The notes beneath the pieces are model-generated. The model was not told where the DNA came from and did not search any database. It saw only the letters and a program-made list of their open reading frames with translations. DNA of 64,000 nucleotides from Candidatus Dormiibacterota bacterium (GTDB taxonomy: Bacteria; Chloroflexota; Dormibacteria; Aeolococcales; Aeolococcaceae): assembly GCA_963709585.1 (NCBI GenBank), contig CAVPXI010000023.1:128001-192000 (forward strand). Reading direction: 5' to 3'. Positions 42,075-51,563 of the stretch are shown one piece after another. The translations under genes were made by a program, and so were the position numbers. The stretch's first letter is position 1. Each line of letters starts with the position of its first letter.

Positions 42075-42907
42075 GCACGCTGCCGCTGCGGCTGTGCCTC
42101 GTCGGCGCCGGGATCGCCCGCTCGCCGAGCCCGGTCATCCACCAGGCTGCGATGCAGTCCTCGGGTGTCGAGGGCACCTACGTGCTTCGCGACCTTGTAC
42201 CCGATGACATCGAAGGCTTCGTCGCGGAGTTACGCAAGGGACGCTACACCGGGTGCAACGTCACCGCCCCCTACAAGGGCGTGATGGCAGCGCGATGCGA
42301 CCGCCTCGAAGGTGACGCCGAGTCGCTCGGGGTCGTGAACACGATCACCGTTCGTGGAGGACGCCTGGTCGGCGTCACCACCGATGCCGACGGCTTCGAG
42401 CTCGCCCTGAGCCTGGGGTCGATGTGGCCGCGTCAGGGGGCGACAGCGCTCGTGCTCGGGGCGGGTGGCGCGGCCGCCGCGGTCGCGCTGGCGCTCACCC
42501 GGGTACCGCTCCTTCGTCTTCGCATCGCGGCTCGGCGGGAGGTCTCCGCCGGCGCGCTCGCCGACCGGCTTCGCGGCTCCGGCGATATCGCGACCGTGCC
42601 ATGGGATCGCGACGCCATCGCCGCGACCTGTGCGCATTCTTCGATCGTCATCAACGCGACGCCGGCGGGGTTGGACGCGCTCCCATTCGACCCGCGAGCC
42701 ATCCCCGCCGCGTGCACCGTCGTCGACCTGCGCTACGGCCCGCGCCCCGTGGACGTCGTTGCCGCGGCGCTCGAAACCGGACACCGAGCGAGCGACGGCC
42801 TCGAGATGCTCCTGCAGCAGGGATTGTTGAGCTTTGAGATCTGGACCGGAATGGTCGCGCCTGTGGCCGCGGTGCGCAACGCGCTGCACCGGGCAGTCGA
42901 GGCGTGA
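42071..42907 (+). CDS. aroE: Shikimate dehydrogenase
   Basis: Motifs SPSPVIH, GCNVTAPYK, VNTI, TTDADGF, LGAGGAA and DGLEMLLQQG. Confidence 0.92.
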   Translation: MSTLPLRLCLVGAGIARSPSPVIHQAAMQSSGVEGTYVLRDLVPDDIEGFVAELRKGRYTGCNVTAPYKGVMAARCDRLEGDAESLGVVNTITVRGGRLVGVTTDADGFELALSLGSMWPRQGATALVLGAGGAAAAVALALTRVPLLRLRIAARREVSAGALADRLRGSGDIATVPWDRDAIAATCAHSSIVINATPAGLDALPFDPRAIPAACTVVDLRYGPRPVDVVAAALETGHRASDGLEMLLQQGLLSFEIWTGMVAPVAAVRNALHRAVEA

Positions 42908-43659
42908 ATGCTCCGCTGGTCATCGCCGGGGTCACGGTCGCCGGCGGTCTGGTCGGGCTGGGATCCGGCTGGCTCGCGGTCGCGCTGGAGAAGGTCGAGA
43001 AGCTCGAGGAGGAGGAACGCCAGGAGCGCCTCGAGTACGAACGGGATGTCGCCGAGGAGCTGACCAGGGCCGCAGCAGCGGGGGAGGAGCCGGCGGCAGC
43101 TCGCCCGTGGGTCGGCGAACGTTATGGCTGGACCTGGCTGGAACGCTGGCTCTCTCCGGCGCTCGGAGCGATCGGCTTCGGCGCTTTCGCCGCGCACGAG
43201 GATTTCGGATCCGAACTGCTCATCCACGTGCTCTGGATCGCGATCTTCGTGCACGTGGTCGACTTCGACCTCAAGCACAAGCTCATCCTCAACGTGATCA
43301 CCTACCCGAGCATCCTGGCCGCGCTGGTGCTGAGCACATGGTCGCCGGGGCTGACCCTGACCAGCGCGATCATCGGCGCCGTCGGGGTGGCGGCCTTCTT
43401 CTTCGTGCAGAACCTGGTGTCGAGAGGGAGCATCGGACTAGGCGACGCGAAGCTCGGTGCGCTGGTGGGCGCGGTGTCCGGCGCGGGTCCGACTTCGACC
43501 CACCTGGGCGCGGTCTACGCCGTGGTCGCGGGGGTGTTCATCGGCGGCGCGACCGCGCTGGTTCTTTTGGTCACTCGCGTTCGCGGGCTCAAAGACCCGA
43601 TACCCTATGGTCCGTTCCTCTGTGCGGGCGCAGCGCTCATCCTGTACCTCGGTCCTTGA
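42904..43659 (+). CDS. A24 family prepilin peptidase without the N-terminal Zn/Cys domain
   Basis: Catalytic-type Asp motifs VDFDLKHK and IGLGDAKL, C-terminal IPYGPFLC, and multiple TMs. Confidence 0.85.
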   Translation: MNAPLVIAGVTVAGGLVGLGSGWLAVALEKVEKLEEEERQERLEYERDVAEELTRAAAAGEEPAAARPWVGERYGWTWLERWLSPALGAIGFGAFAAHEDFGSELLIHVLWIAIFVHVVDFDLKHKLILNVITYPSILAALVLSTWSPGLTLTSAIIGAVGVAAFFFVQNLVSRGSIGLGDAKLGALVGAVSGAGPTSTHLGAVYAVVAGVFIGGATALVLLVTRVRGLKDPIPYGPFLCAGAALILYLGP

Positions 43660-43694
43660 CCCGCACCAGTCCAGGGGTTCGATGAGGTGAGGCA

Positions 43695-44219
43695 ATGCCG
43701 ACGCAGCTGATGCCGGGCGAGCGGTCGATCGCGCTGGTCCGCCAGCACTGGTCGGTGCTCGCCGGTCACGTGCTGGGAGCGATCGTGGTGATCGTCGTGG
43801 CGATCATCCTGAACGCGAAGCTGCCGTCGACGGTCGGCTCGGTCTCGATCACCACCGTGAAGACGGTCGTCGTGCTCGTCCTGGTGATCGGGTCGCTGCT
43901 CTGGGCGGGCATTCGAATCCTGCGCTGGCGCTTCGCCACGTATCACCTCACCGACCGGCGGATCGTCATGGAGGGCGGGGTCCTCTCGAGGACCGCGGAG
44001 ACGATTCCACTCGACCGGATCCAGAACACGGTGATCCACCGGCCGCTCGGCGACCGCCTGATCGGCGCCGGGGACATCGAGATCGAGTCCGCGGGGCGGG
44101 ATGGCGTGGAGGTGCTCCACCGTATCCCCAAAGCCGAGACGTTCTACAACGAACTGCTCGCCACTATGAATGCGCCGCCCACTTCCGCGGGAGGGCCACC
44201 GCGCCCCACCGGTCTCTGA
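43695..44219 (+). CDS. Bacterial PH-domain (bPH_2/YdbS-like) membrane protein
   Basis: Two TMs followed by YHLTDRRIVMEGGVLSR..IPLDRIQN...GDIEIESAG. Confidence 0.85.
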   Translation: MPTQLMPGERSIALVRQHWSVLAGHVLGAIVVIVVAIILNAKLPSTVGSVSITTVKTVVVLVLVIGSLLWAGIRILRWRFATYHLTDRRIVMEGGVLSRTAETIPLDRIQNTVIHRPLGDRLIGAGDIEIESAGRDGVEVLHRIPKAETFYNELLATMNAPPTSAGGPPRPTGL

Positions 44220-44238
44220 GCCAGGACCCCGCGAGCGG

Positions 44239-44421
44239 CTAACCCCGCCGGGCCAGGGCGGCGATCCGGAGCAGCGCCTCGGTGGCCGCGGCCTCGGGGC
44301 CCGCCCGCATCACCTCGCGGTACGCGCAGATCGCCCCGATCACATCGCCATGGGCGTCGAGGAGCCGGGCGATGCGCAGGTGCTCGTGAGCGCTCGTTCG
44401 CGTGCGCGGCTCTTCCCTCAT
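44239..44421 (-). CDS. Small helical, TPR-like protein (60 aa)
   Basis: A GGAG RBS lies a few nt before the ATG. HLRIARLLDAHGDVIGAICAYREV resembles one TPR unit. Confidence 0.5.
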   Translation of the reverse strand: MREEPRTRTSAHEHLRIARLLDAHGDVIGAICAYREVMRAGPEAAATEALLRIAALARRG

Positions 44422-44527
44422 GGTCTCCAGTCTTGGAGGCCAAACCAGACCGGGCACGGACAAACTGGAACCGCATTCGACGGCGCGTACGGGGGAAATC
44501 GGCGCTCGCCAATACAATCCGTTGCAG

Positions 44528-45686
44528 ATGCTTCGATTTCTCACGGCCGGCGAATCGCACGGGCCACAGCTCACGGTCATCGTCGAGGGCTTGCCCGGCC
44601 GGCGTGTCGCTCGACGCCGCCCGCGACATCGACCCCGACCTCCGCCGCCGTCAGGGGGGACACGGGCGGGGTAAACGCCAGCAGATCGAGCACGACACGG
44701 CCCGGATCGTCAGCGGCGTCCGCGGTGGCAGGACTCTCGGCTCGCCGATCACGCTCGTCATCGAGAACCGCGACTGGGAGAACTGGAAGGGACCGATGCA
44801 GGTGGAGGCGCGGGGATTCACATCGAAGCGGGTCACCCGGGTCCGCCCCGGTCACGCCGACCTCGCGGGGGTCCTGAAGTATGGATTCGGCGACGCCCGC
44901 GATGTCCTCGAGCGCGCCAGTGCGCGCGAGACCGCGGCCAGGGTGGCCGCCGGCGCGGTGGGCCGGACGCTGATCGCGGCGATCGGTGTCGCCGTCCACT
45001 CGTGCGTGCTCCGGATCGGCGCCGTTCACGTGCCCGCGCCCGACGGTGAAATTTCGTGGGACGCGGTCGAGCGCTCCGCGGTCCGCTGCCCTGACGAGGA
45101 GGCATCAGCGCGGATGGTCGCCGCCATCGACGCGGCGCGCGAACATGGCGACACGCTCGGGGGCACCGCATACGTCGCGGCCTCGAATGTTCCGGCCGGA
45201 CTTGGCAGTTACGTGCAGTGGGACCGGCGACTCGACGGGCTCATCGCCCAGGCGATGTGCAGCATCCCGTCGGTCAAGGGCGTGGAGCTTGGCGCCGCCG
45301 CGCTCGCGGCACAGTCGCCCGGGTCGGAGGTCCACGACGAGCCGCGCTGGGATGCCGAGCGCGGCTTCCACCACCTCACCAACCGGCAGGGCGGTCTCGC
45401 CGGCGGCGTGAGCGACGGCGAGCCGGTCTGGGCGCTGGTCCACTTCAAGCCAATCTCGACGCTCCTCCATCCGCTGCGCAGCGTCGACATCCGGAGCGGG
45501 GCGGAGATCAACGCCCACTACGAGCGCAGCGACATCTGCGTCGTCCCTGCCGGTGCCGTCGTCGCCGAGGCAATGCTGGCGTGGGTCCTCGCCGCCGCCG
45601 CGATGGAGAAATTCGGCGGCGACAACCTCGGCGAGATGCGCCGGGCCGCTGCCGCCCATCGCCGCGCGGTCAGGCGGCTGCGATGA
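44528..45686 (+). CDS. aroC: Chorismate synthase, frameshifted near 44595 (probably a sequencing indel)
   Basis: MLRFLTAGESHG lies in one frame. RRQGGHGRG, RPGHAD, ERASARETAARVAAG and ERSD lie in the next. Confidence 0.93.
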
Positions 45687-47264
45687 GCGCGGTTCGCCGT
45701 GTCGCCCTGGTCGGCCTGCCGGGATCGGGCAAGAGCACAGTCGCCCCCCTGGTCGCGGAACAACTCGGGTGGACGGCCGTCGACCTTGACGGCGAGATTG
45801 CGTCGAGCACGGGACGCTCGCCGGCGGCGATCATCGCAGCGGACGGCGAACCTCACTTCCGCGACCTGGAGCTCACCGCGCTCGAGGACGCGCTCCGACG
45901 CCCTGGTCCCGTGGTCATCGCCTGCGGTGGAGGCCTGATCACCCAGCCGGCCGCCCGCCGTCTCCTGACCGAGCTCTGCACGGTGGTGTGGCTCGACGCA
46001 CCCGACGACGTGCTCCTCAGCCGGGTCGGCGATGGCGCCGGCCGTCCCATGCTCGGCGACTCCGCCGCGGCGGGCATCCCGCACCTTCGTGCCGGCCGCG
46101 CCCGAGCCCACCAGGCGTCGCACCTGCGCATCAGCGCCGGCGAGGCGCCGGAGGCGGTCGCATCGCGCGTGGCCGCCGCCGTCGAGGGCGCGATCCGCAT
46201 CGACCTCTCCGAACGCGCCTACCACGTCGAGGTACGCGCCGGCGCGCTCGATGATGTGGTCCTGCACGTCCCGGCGGGCGCGACCCGGATGGCGTTGCTT
46301 GCGGATCGAGCGGTGCACCCGACCACTGAGCGCCTGGTCGCCGCGTTGCGCAGTGCCGGCATCGCCACGACGGTGCTCGAGGTCGATGGGGGCGAGTCGC
46401 TCAAGACATGGACCACCGCCGGTCGGATGCTCGCGCGTCTCGGGACTGCCCGGCCTGCAGCGCAACGACTGCCTGATCGCGCTCGGCGGCGGCACCGTCG
46501 GGGACCTCACCGGGTTTGTGGCCGCCACCTACCTGCGCGGGATCGCCTGGCTGAACGTGCCCACCACTCTGCTCGCCATGGTCGACAGCGCGATCGGCGG
46601 CAAGACCGGGGTCAACCTGACCCGGGGAAAGAACCTGGCGGGGGCGATCTGGCAGCCGAGCGCGGTGGTCTGCGACCCGGATCTTCTCGCGACCCAGGAC
46701 GACCGTTCATTTCGTTCGGCGTTCGCGGAGATCGTGAAGTACTCGATGGTTGTGGAGACGGCGCTCGCCACCGATCTCGACGATCACCTCGATCGCCTTC
46801 TTCATCGCGACTCGGACGCGCTGACCGAGACCATCCGCGAGTGCTGCTCGATCAAAGCCCGGATCGTGTCGAGCGATGAGCGCGAGGGCGCGGGTCGCGC
46901 CGTGCTCAACTACGGCCACACCGTCGGCCACGCCCTCGAGGCGGCGGCCGGGCTCGGCAACCGGTTGCTCCACGGCGAAGCGGTGGCGGTCGGGATGCGC
47001 GCGGCGGGCCTGCTCAGCATCCGCATCCTCGGGTGCCCACCCGGGGACATCGGATGGCAGGATGAGATGATCGTCCGGTGCGGGCTCGCCACGGCGCTGG
47101 TGTTTGACCCCGAGCGCGTGCTCGGCTACATGCGCGCGGACAAGAAGACCATCGGCGAACGTCTCGGCTGGGTCCTCCTCGAATCCAGGGGACACCCCCG
47201 CACCGGCCGGAGCGTTCCGGAGGTCGAGGTCCGCGGTGCCCTCGACTTGGTGCTCGCTCGATGA
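45683..47264 (+). CDS. aroKB: Bifunctional shikimate kinase / 3-dehydroquinate synthase (AroK-AroB fusion), frameshifted near 46450
   Basis: GLPGSGKST and ACGGG are followed by the AroB N-terminus (GESLKT) in the same frame. GGGTVGD, PTTLLAMVDSAIGGKTG and LNYGHTVGHA lie in the next frame. Confidence 0.88.
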
Positions 47265-47722
47265 CTGCGATCCTGCTCCTGAACGGGCCGAACCTCGCGA
47301 GCCTCGGTGAGCGAGAGCCCGACGTCTACGGAGCGGTCACCCTCGCCGAGATCGAGGCCGCGGTGCGCGACCGCGCTGCCGCGCTGGGGCTCGTGGTTCG
47401 GTGCGAGCAGACCAACCACGAGGGCGCGATGGTGGACATCCTCGAAGCGGAGCGCGGGCGCGCCGCGGGTTGCATCGTCAACCCCGGCGGGCTGACCCAT
47501 ACGAGCGTGGTCCTCGCCGACGCGCTCCGCGCCTTCACCGGTCCGGTCGTGGAGGTGCACCTCTCGAACATCCTCGCCCGCGAGCCCTACCGGCGGGTCT
47601 CGCTCTCAGCGGAGGCGGCGGTGGCGGTGATCGCGGGCCTGGGAGTGGAGGGCTACGTCCTCGCCGTCGAGGGACTGGCTAAGCTGCTCGCAGACCGTTC
47701 AACGACTGGGAGCACCGCATGA
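47261..47722 (+). CDS. aroQ: Type II 3-dehydroquinate dehydratase
   Basis: Motifs LLNGPNL..LGEREPDVYG, NPGGLTHTS and EVHLSN. Confidence 0.96.
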   Translation: MTAILLLNGPNLASLGEREPDVYGAVTLAEIEAAVRDRAAALGLVVRCEQTNHEGAMVDILEAERGRAAGCIVNPGGLTHTSVVLADALRAFTGPVVEVHLSNILAREPYRRVSLSAEAAVAVIAGLGVEGYVLAVEGLAKLLADRSTTGSTA

Positions 47723-48276
47723 TCACCGCCTCCGACCTGCGCCCGGGCGCGACCGTCGAACGCGACGGCGACCTTTTCGAGGTCATCGACTTCTCGCACA
47801 TGAAGCAGGGTCGCGGCACCGCCGTCATTCGCGCCAAGTTGCGCAACGTGACAACCGGCGCGGTCACCGACGAGACGTTCCGCCCCGAGGAGAAGTTCGG
47901 TCGCGTCCGCATCGAGCGCAGCGAGGCTCAGCTGCTCTACAAGGACGGCGAGAATTACGTGGTGATGGACAACACGACGTTCGACCAGGTCACGCTCAGC
48001 CCGGAGCAACTCGGGAGTGGCGTCGACTACCTCAAGGAGAATGACACCCTCTTTCTCCTGCGTTTCGACGATCGCATCCTCGGCGTCGACCTTCCCACCT
48101 CGGTGGTGCTCGAGGTCACCGAGAGCGAGCCCGGGTTCAAGGGTGACACCGCAAATGCGTCGTTCAAGCCCGCAGTCGTCGAGACCGGTCTCGCCGTGGA
48201 TGTGCCGCTGTTCGTGAACCAGGGCGATCTGATCCGGGTCGACACACGCACCGGTCGGTACCTGGAGCGCGCGTGA
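47719..48276 (+). CDS. efp: Elongation factor P
   Basis: Loop HMKQGRG, PGFKGDT, KPAVVETG and VPLFVNQGDLIRVDTRTGRY. Confidence 0.97.
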   Translation: MITASDLRPGATVERDGDLFEVIDFSHMKQGRGTAVIRAKLRNVTTGAVTDETFRPEEKFGRVRIERSEAQLLYKDGENYVVMDNTTFDQVTLSPEQLGSGVDYLKENDTLFLLRFDDRILGVDLPTSVVLEVTESEPGFKGDTANASFKPAVVETGLAVDVPLFVNQGDLIRVDTRTGRYLERA

Positions 48277-48663
48277 CCGACGTCGAGGAGCCGGAGCGCC
48301 TTCAACTGAGTCCGACCATGAACGGCCGCCGCCAGCTCGGCACGACTCGGGTGGCCAATGAGGTCGTCGCATCCATCGCGGCTTTCTCGGCGCTGCAGGT
48401 GCCGGGGATCCACTCGATGTACCACCCCGGGGGCCAGCAGTTCGACCGGATCGTCCGCCGATCGCACGCGCATCGAGGCGTCCGCGTGGAGATGCGTGAC
48501 GACGCGTTGCATCTGAGCCTCTACGTGGTGATGGAGTTCGGGCGGCAACGTTCCGGTGGTCGGCGCCGAGGTGCAGCGGCGCGTCGCCGACGCGATCGAT
48601 CGCATGCTCGCGCTGCGCGTCGAGGAGGTCAACGTCTTCGTCAGCGAGGTCGCCTTCGCGTGA
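48273..48663 (+). CDS. Asp23/Gls24 family protein, frameshifted near 48537
   Basis: LGTTRVANEVVASIA...RGVRVE lies in one frame; NVPVVGAEVQRRVADAIDRMLALRVEEVNVFV in the next. efp-asp23-nusB synteny supports the call. Confidence 0.85.
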
Positions 48664-49085
48664 GTCCTGCCGTGTCAGGCACGGGACGTCGACGGCGCGG
48701 TCGCGAGCTCGCGCTTCGCGTGCTCTTCGAGATCGAGGGAACCGCGAAGGATCCCGACGTCGCGCTGCGCTATCAGGGCGAGGACCTTCGCGCCACGGCC
48801 GATGTCCGCGCCTTCGCGCGCAGCATCGTGGTCGGCTGTGTCGATCATCTCGACAGTATCGATGCCGCGCTGGTCGCCGCGATGGAGCACTGGTCGCTGG
48901 TCGACCTCGGGAAGGTGGAGCGCGCGGTGCTTCGGCTGGGGACGTTCGAATTGCTCTACACGGAGACGACGCCCGTCGCTGTGGTGATCGACGAATCCAT
49001 CGAGCTGGCGCGCGCATACGCGGGCGACGAGGCGGCGCAGTTCGTCAACGGTGTCCTCGGCCACGTGGCGCGGGAGCGGGTGTGA
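48660..49085 (+). CDS. nusB: Transcription antitermination factor NusB
   Basis: Motifs RRRGRELAL, VERAVLRLG, VVIDESIELAR and FVNGVLG. Confidence 0.95.
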   Translation: MSPAVSGTGRRRRGRELALRVLFEIEGTAKDPDVALRYQGEDLRATADVRAFARSIVVGCVDHLDSIDAALVAAMEHWSLVDLGKVERAVLRLGTFELLYTETTPVAVVIDESIELARAYAGDEAAQFVNGVLGHVARERV

Positions 49086-50407
49086 CCGCGGCCGTCTGCA
49101 CGGTCAGCGACCTGACCGTGCTGGTTCGGGACGCGCTCGCGGCGCGTCCCGAGCTGGAAGATCTGCTCGTCGAGGGCGAGGTGAGCAACCTCAAGGCGCA
49201 CGTGTCCGGGCACCTCTACTTCACGCTCAAGGACGCGCACGCCGCGGTCTCCTGCGTGTGCTTTCGCGCCAATGCCCTGCAGATCCCCTTCCGTCCCGAC
49301 AACGGCATGACCGTGATCGCGCACGGATCGGTGCAGGTGTACGGACAGCAGGGACGCTACCAGCTCTACGTCGACCGGCTCGAGCCCAGCGGAGTCGGCG
49401 CACTCGCCCTCGGTGTCGAACAACTCAAGCAACAGCTGAGCGCCGAGGGGCTGTTCGACGAGCGGCGTAAGCGCCCGTTGCCGTTGCTGCCGCGACGAGT
49501 CGTCGTGGTCACATCGCGGAGCGGCGCCGCGTTGCGCGATGTCTGCACCGTGATCGCACGCCGCGCGCCCTGCATCGGCGTGGTGCTGTCACCCGCGACC
49601 GTACAGGGTGACGGAGCGGTGGATACACTGATCCGCGCGCTGCAACGCGCGGATCGGGTTCGCGACGCCGATGTGATCCTGCTGGTGCGCGGCGGCGGTT
49701 CGCTGGAAGACCTGATCGCGTTCAACAGCGAGTCGCTCGCGCGCGCGATCCGGGCGACGCGACTCCCGGTCGTGACCGGCGTCGGGCACGAGACCGACAC
49801 GACGGTCGCCGACCTGACTGCGGACCGCCGCGCGGCAACCCCGTCGGCCGCGGCCGAGCTGGTCGCGCCGAACGTCGCCATATTGGGCGATGACGTCGCC
49901 GCACGCCACGCGCGCCTCGGACTCGCCATCGTCGGGCTGGTCAGCGTGCGCCGTGATCGTGTGCACATCGCCTCACTCCGTCTGCGTCAGGCATTGATGC
50001 AGGAGACCTCGCTGAAGCGGCGCGCCCTCGACCAGCAGACATCGCGCTTCGCCGTCGCTCATCCTTCCCGCCGCGTCGAGGTCGAGCGGCTCCGCCTGCA
50101 ACGAGCCTCCGAACGTCTTCAGGAGGCGAGCGTTCGCGTGACCGTGGCGCGTCGCGCGGCCTTGACGACGCGTGCGGCGCGGCTTGCCACGCTGTCACCG
50201 AGACGCACGCTCGAGCGCGGGTACTCGATCACCTCCGACGCGGATGGGCGCGTGCTCACCGACGCGGCCACCGTGCCCGCCGGCGCGCGGCTGCGCACGG
50301 TCCTCGGCCACGGCAGCCTGGAGAGCACCGTGGATCGAATCGATCCTGACTCTCCAGCCGAGAGCGAACGGATGTACGATGCCAACACAGAATCGGGCGG
50401 CGCATGA
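49082..50407 (+). CDS. xseA: Exodeoxyribonuclease VII large subunit
   Basis: Motifs VEGEVSN, SGHLYFTLKD, RGGGSLEDL, GVGHETD, TPSAAAE and TLERGYSI. Confidence 0.96.
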   Translation: MTAAVCTVSDLTVLVRDALAARPELEDLLVEGEVSNLKAHVSGHLYFTLKDAHAAVSCVCFRANALQIPFRPDNGMTVIAHGSVQVYGQQGRYQLYVDRLEPSGVGALALGVEQLKQQLSAEGLFDERRKRPLPLLPRRVVVVTSRSGAALRDVCTVIARRAPCIGVVLSPATVQGDGAVDTLIRALQRADRVRDADVILLVRGGGSLEDLIAFNSESLARAIRATRLPVVTGVGHETDTTVADLTADRRAATPSAAAELVAPNVAILGDDVAARHARLGLAIVGLVSVRRDRVHIASLRLRQALMQETSLKRRALDQQTSRFAVAHPSRRVEVERLRLQRASERLQEASVRVTVARRAALTTRAARLATLSPRRTLERGYSITSDADGRVLTDAATVPAGARLRTVLGHGSLESTVDRIDPDSPAESERMYDANTESGGA

Positions 50408-50745
50408 CGCTCAATCCAGCGGAGGACATCACGGCCCTGACCTATGAGGCGGCCCTGGCCGAGCTCGACACCCTGATCATCAAACTCGAGGGCGGCAGCA
50501 TCGCGCTCGAGGAGGCGATCGGCGCCTACGAGCGAGGAGTCGTGCTGGCGCAGCACTGCGCCGAGCTGCTGGCGCGCACCGAGCAACGGGTGAATCAGCT
50601 CGTGGTCAGCGCCAGCGGCGCCATCGGCGAGCGCCCTCTGGAGGCGCCCGGCGCACCGTCACCCGAGGTCCGGGGGGCGTCCGTCGCCGGCACGCCGGTG
50701 CGGGCGGCGCAGCCACGGATCGATCCCGACGACGTCCCTTTCTGA
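50404..50745 (+). CDS. xseB: Exodeoxyribonuclease VII small subunit with a C-terminal extension
   Basis: LTYEAALAELD..LEGGSIALEEAIGAYERG; the tail ends IDPDDVPF. Confidence 0.93.
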   Translation: MTLNPAEDITALTYEAALAELDTLIIKLEGGSIALEEAIGAYERGVVLAQHCAELLARTEQRVNQLVVSASGAIGERPLEAPGAPSPEVRGASVAGTPVRAAQPRIDPDDVPF

Positions 50746-50774
50746 CAGCGCGAATACACATAGATGTGGTATAG

Positions 50775-51563
50775 ATGGGGACCATGACAGCGGTGTCCGA
50801 ACCCCGACGGGTTGACCTCGAGCTCGTCGCTCGCGGGTTTGCACCAAGTCGTGAGCGCGCCCAGGCGCTTGTCGCCGCCGGGCTCGTCGAACTCGACGGC
50901 GTCCGGGCCACGAGTGCCGACCAGCGCGTCGGCGCCACCACCGCCATCCGCCTGCTCGGCCGCGATCACCCGTGGGCGAGCAGGGGAGGGCTCAAGCTGG
51001 CTCCGGCGCTCGATACGTTCGGCGTCGACTGCAGTGGTCGGGTGTGCCTGGATGCCGGAGCGTCGACCGGTGGCTTCACCGACGTGCTCTTGAGCCGCGG
51101 GGCGGCGCTCGTCTACGCCGTCGATGTCGGACGGGGGCAGCTCGATCCGCGTCTCGCCACCGATCCGCGCGTGCGCGTCATGGACCGGACCAACCTGCGC
51201 TCGCTGACATCGCTCCCCGGCCCCGAGCCGGACCTCGTGACCCTCGACCTATCGTTCATCTCGTTGCGCCTGGTGATTCCGGCGGTGGTGCGACTGATCG
51301 CCCCGGGTGGCGCTGATCTCGTCGCGCTGTTCAAGCCGCAGTTCGAGCTGGGTCGCGAGGCGATCGGAAAGGGCGGCATCGTCCGCGACGCCGACGCCGC
51401 CGAACGCGCCGCCGGCGAGTTTGCCGGGTGGCTCGAGTCCGCGTTCGGCGCCGTCGCCCGCATCCCGATGGCTTCGCCGGTTCGCGGGGCCAAGGGCAAC
51501 CAGGAATGGCTGGTCGGCGCGCGGGTCGCGCGTCTCGACCCTGCCGGCCCGAGCGAATCATGA
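50775..51563 (+). CDS. tlyA: TlyA family rRNA 2'-O-methyltransferase
   Basis: S4 domain; motifs SRGGLKL, LDAGASTGGFTD, DLSFISL, KPQFE and GAKGNQE. Confidence 0.95.
   Translation: MGTMTAVSEPRRVDLELVARGFAPSRERAQALVAAGLVELDGVRATSADQRVGATTAIRLLGRDHPWASRGGLKLAPALDTFGVDCSGRVCLDAGASTGGFTDVLLSRGAALVYAVDVGRGQLDPRLATDPRVRVMDRTNLRSLTSLPGPEPDLVTLDLSFISLRLVIPAVVRLIAPGGADLVALFKPQFELGREAIGKGGIVRDADAAERAAGEFAGWLESAFGAVARIPMASPVRGAKGNQEWLVGARVARLDPAGPSES

Noticed and set aside
48273-49085. Apparent Asp23-NusB fusion
   Set aside because: It is produced by the 1-nt insertion near 48537. Repair gives separate asp23 (stop 48663) and nusB genes.
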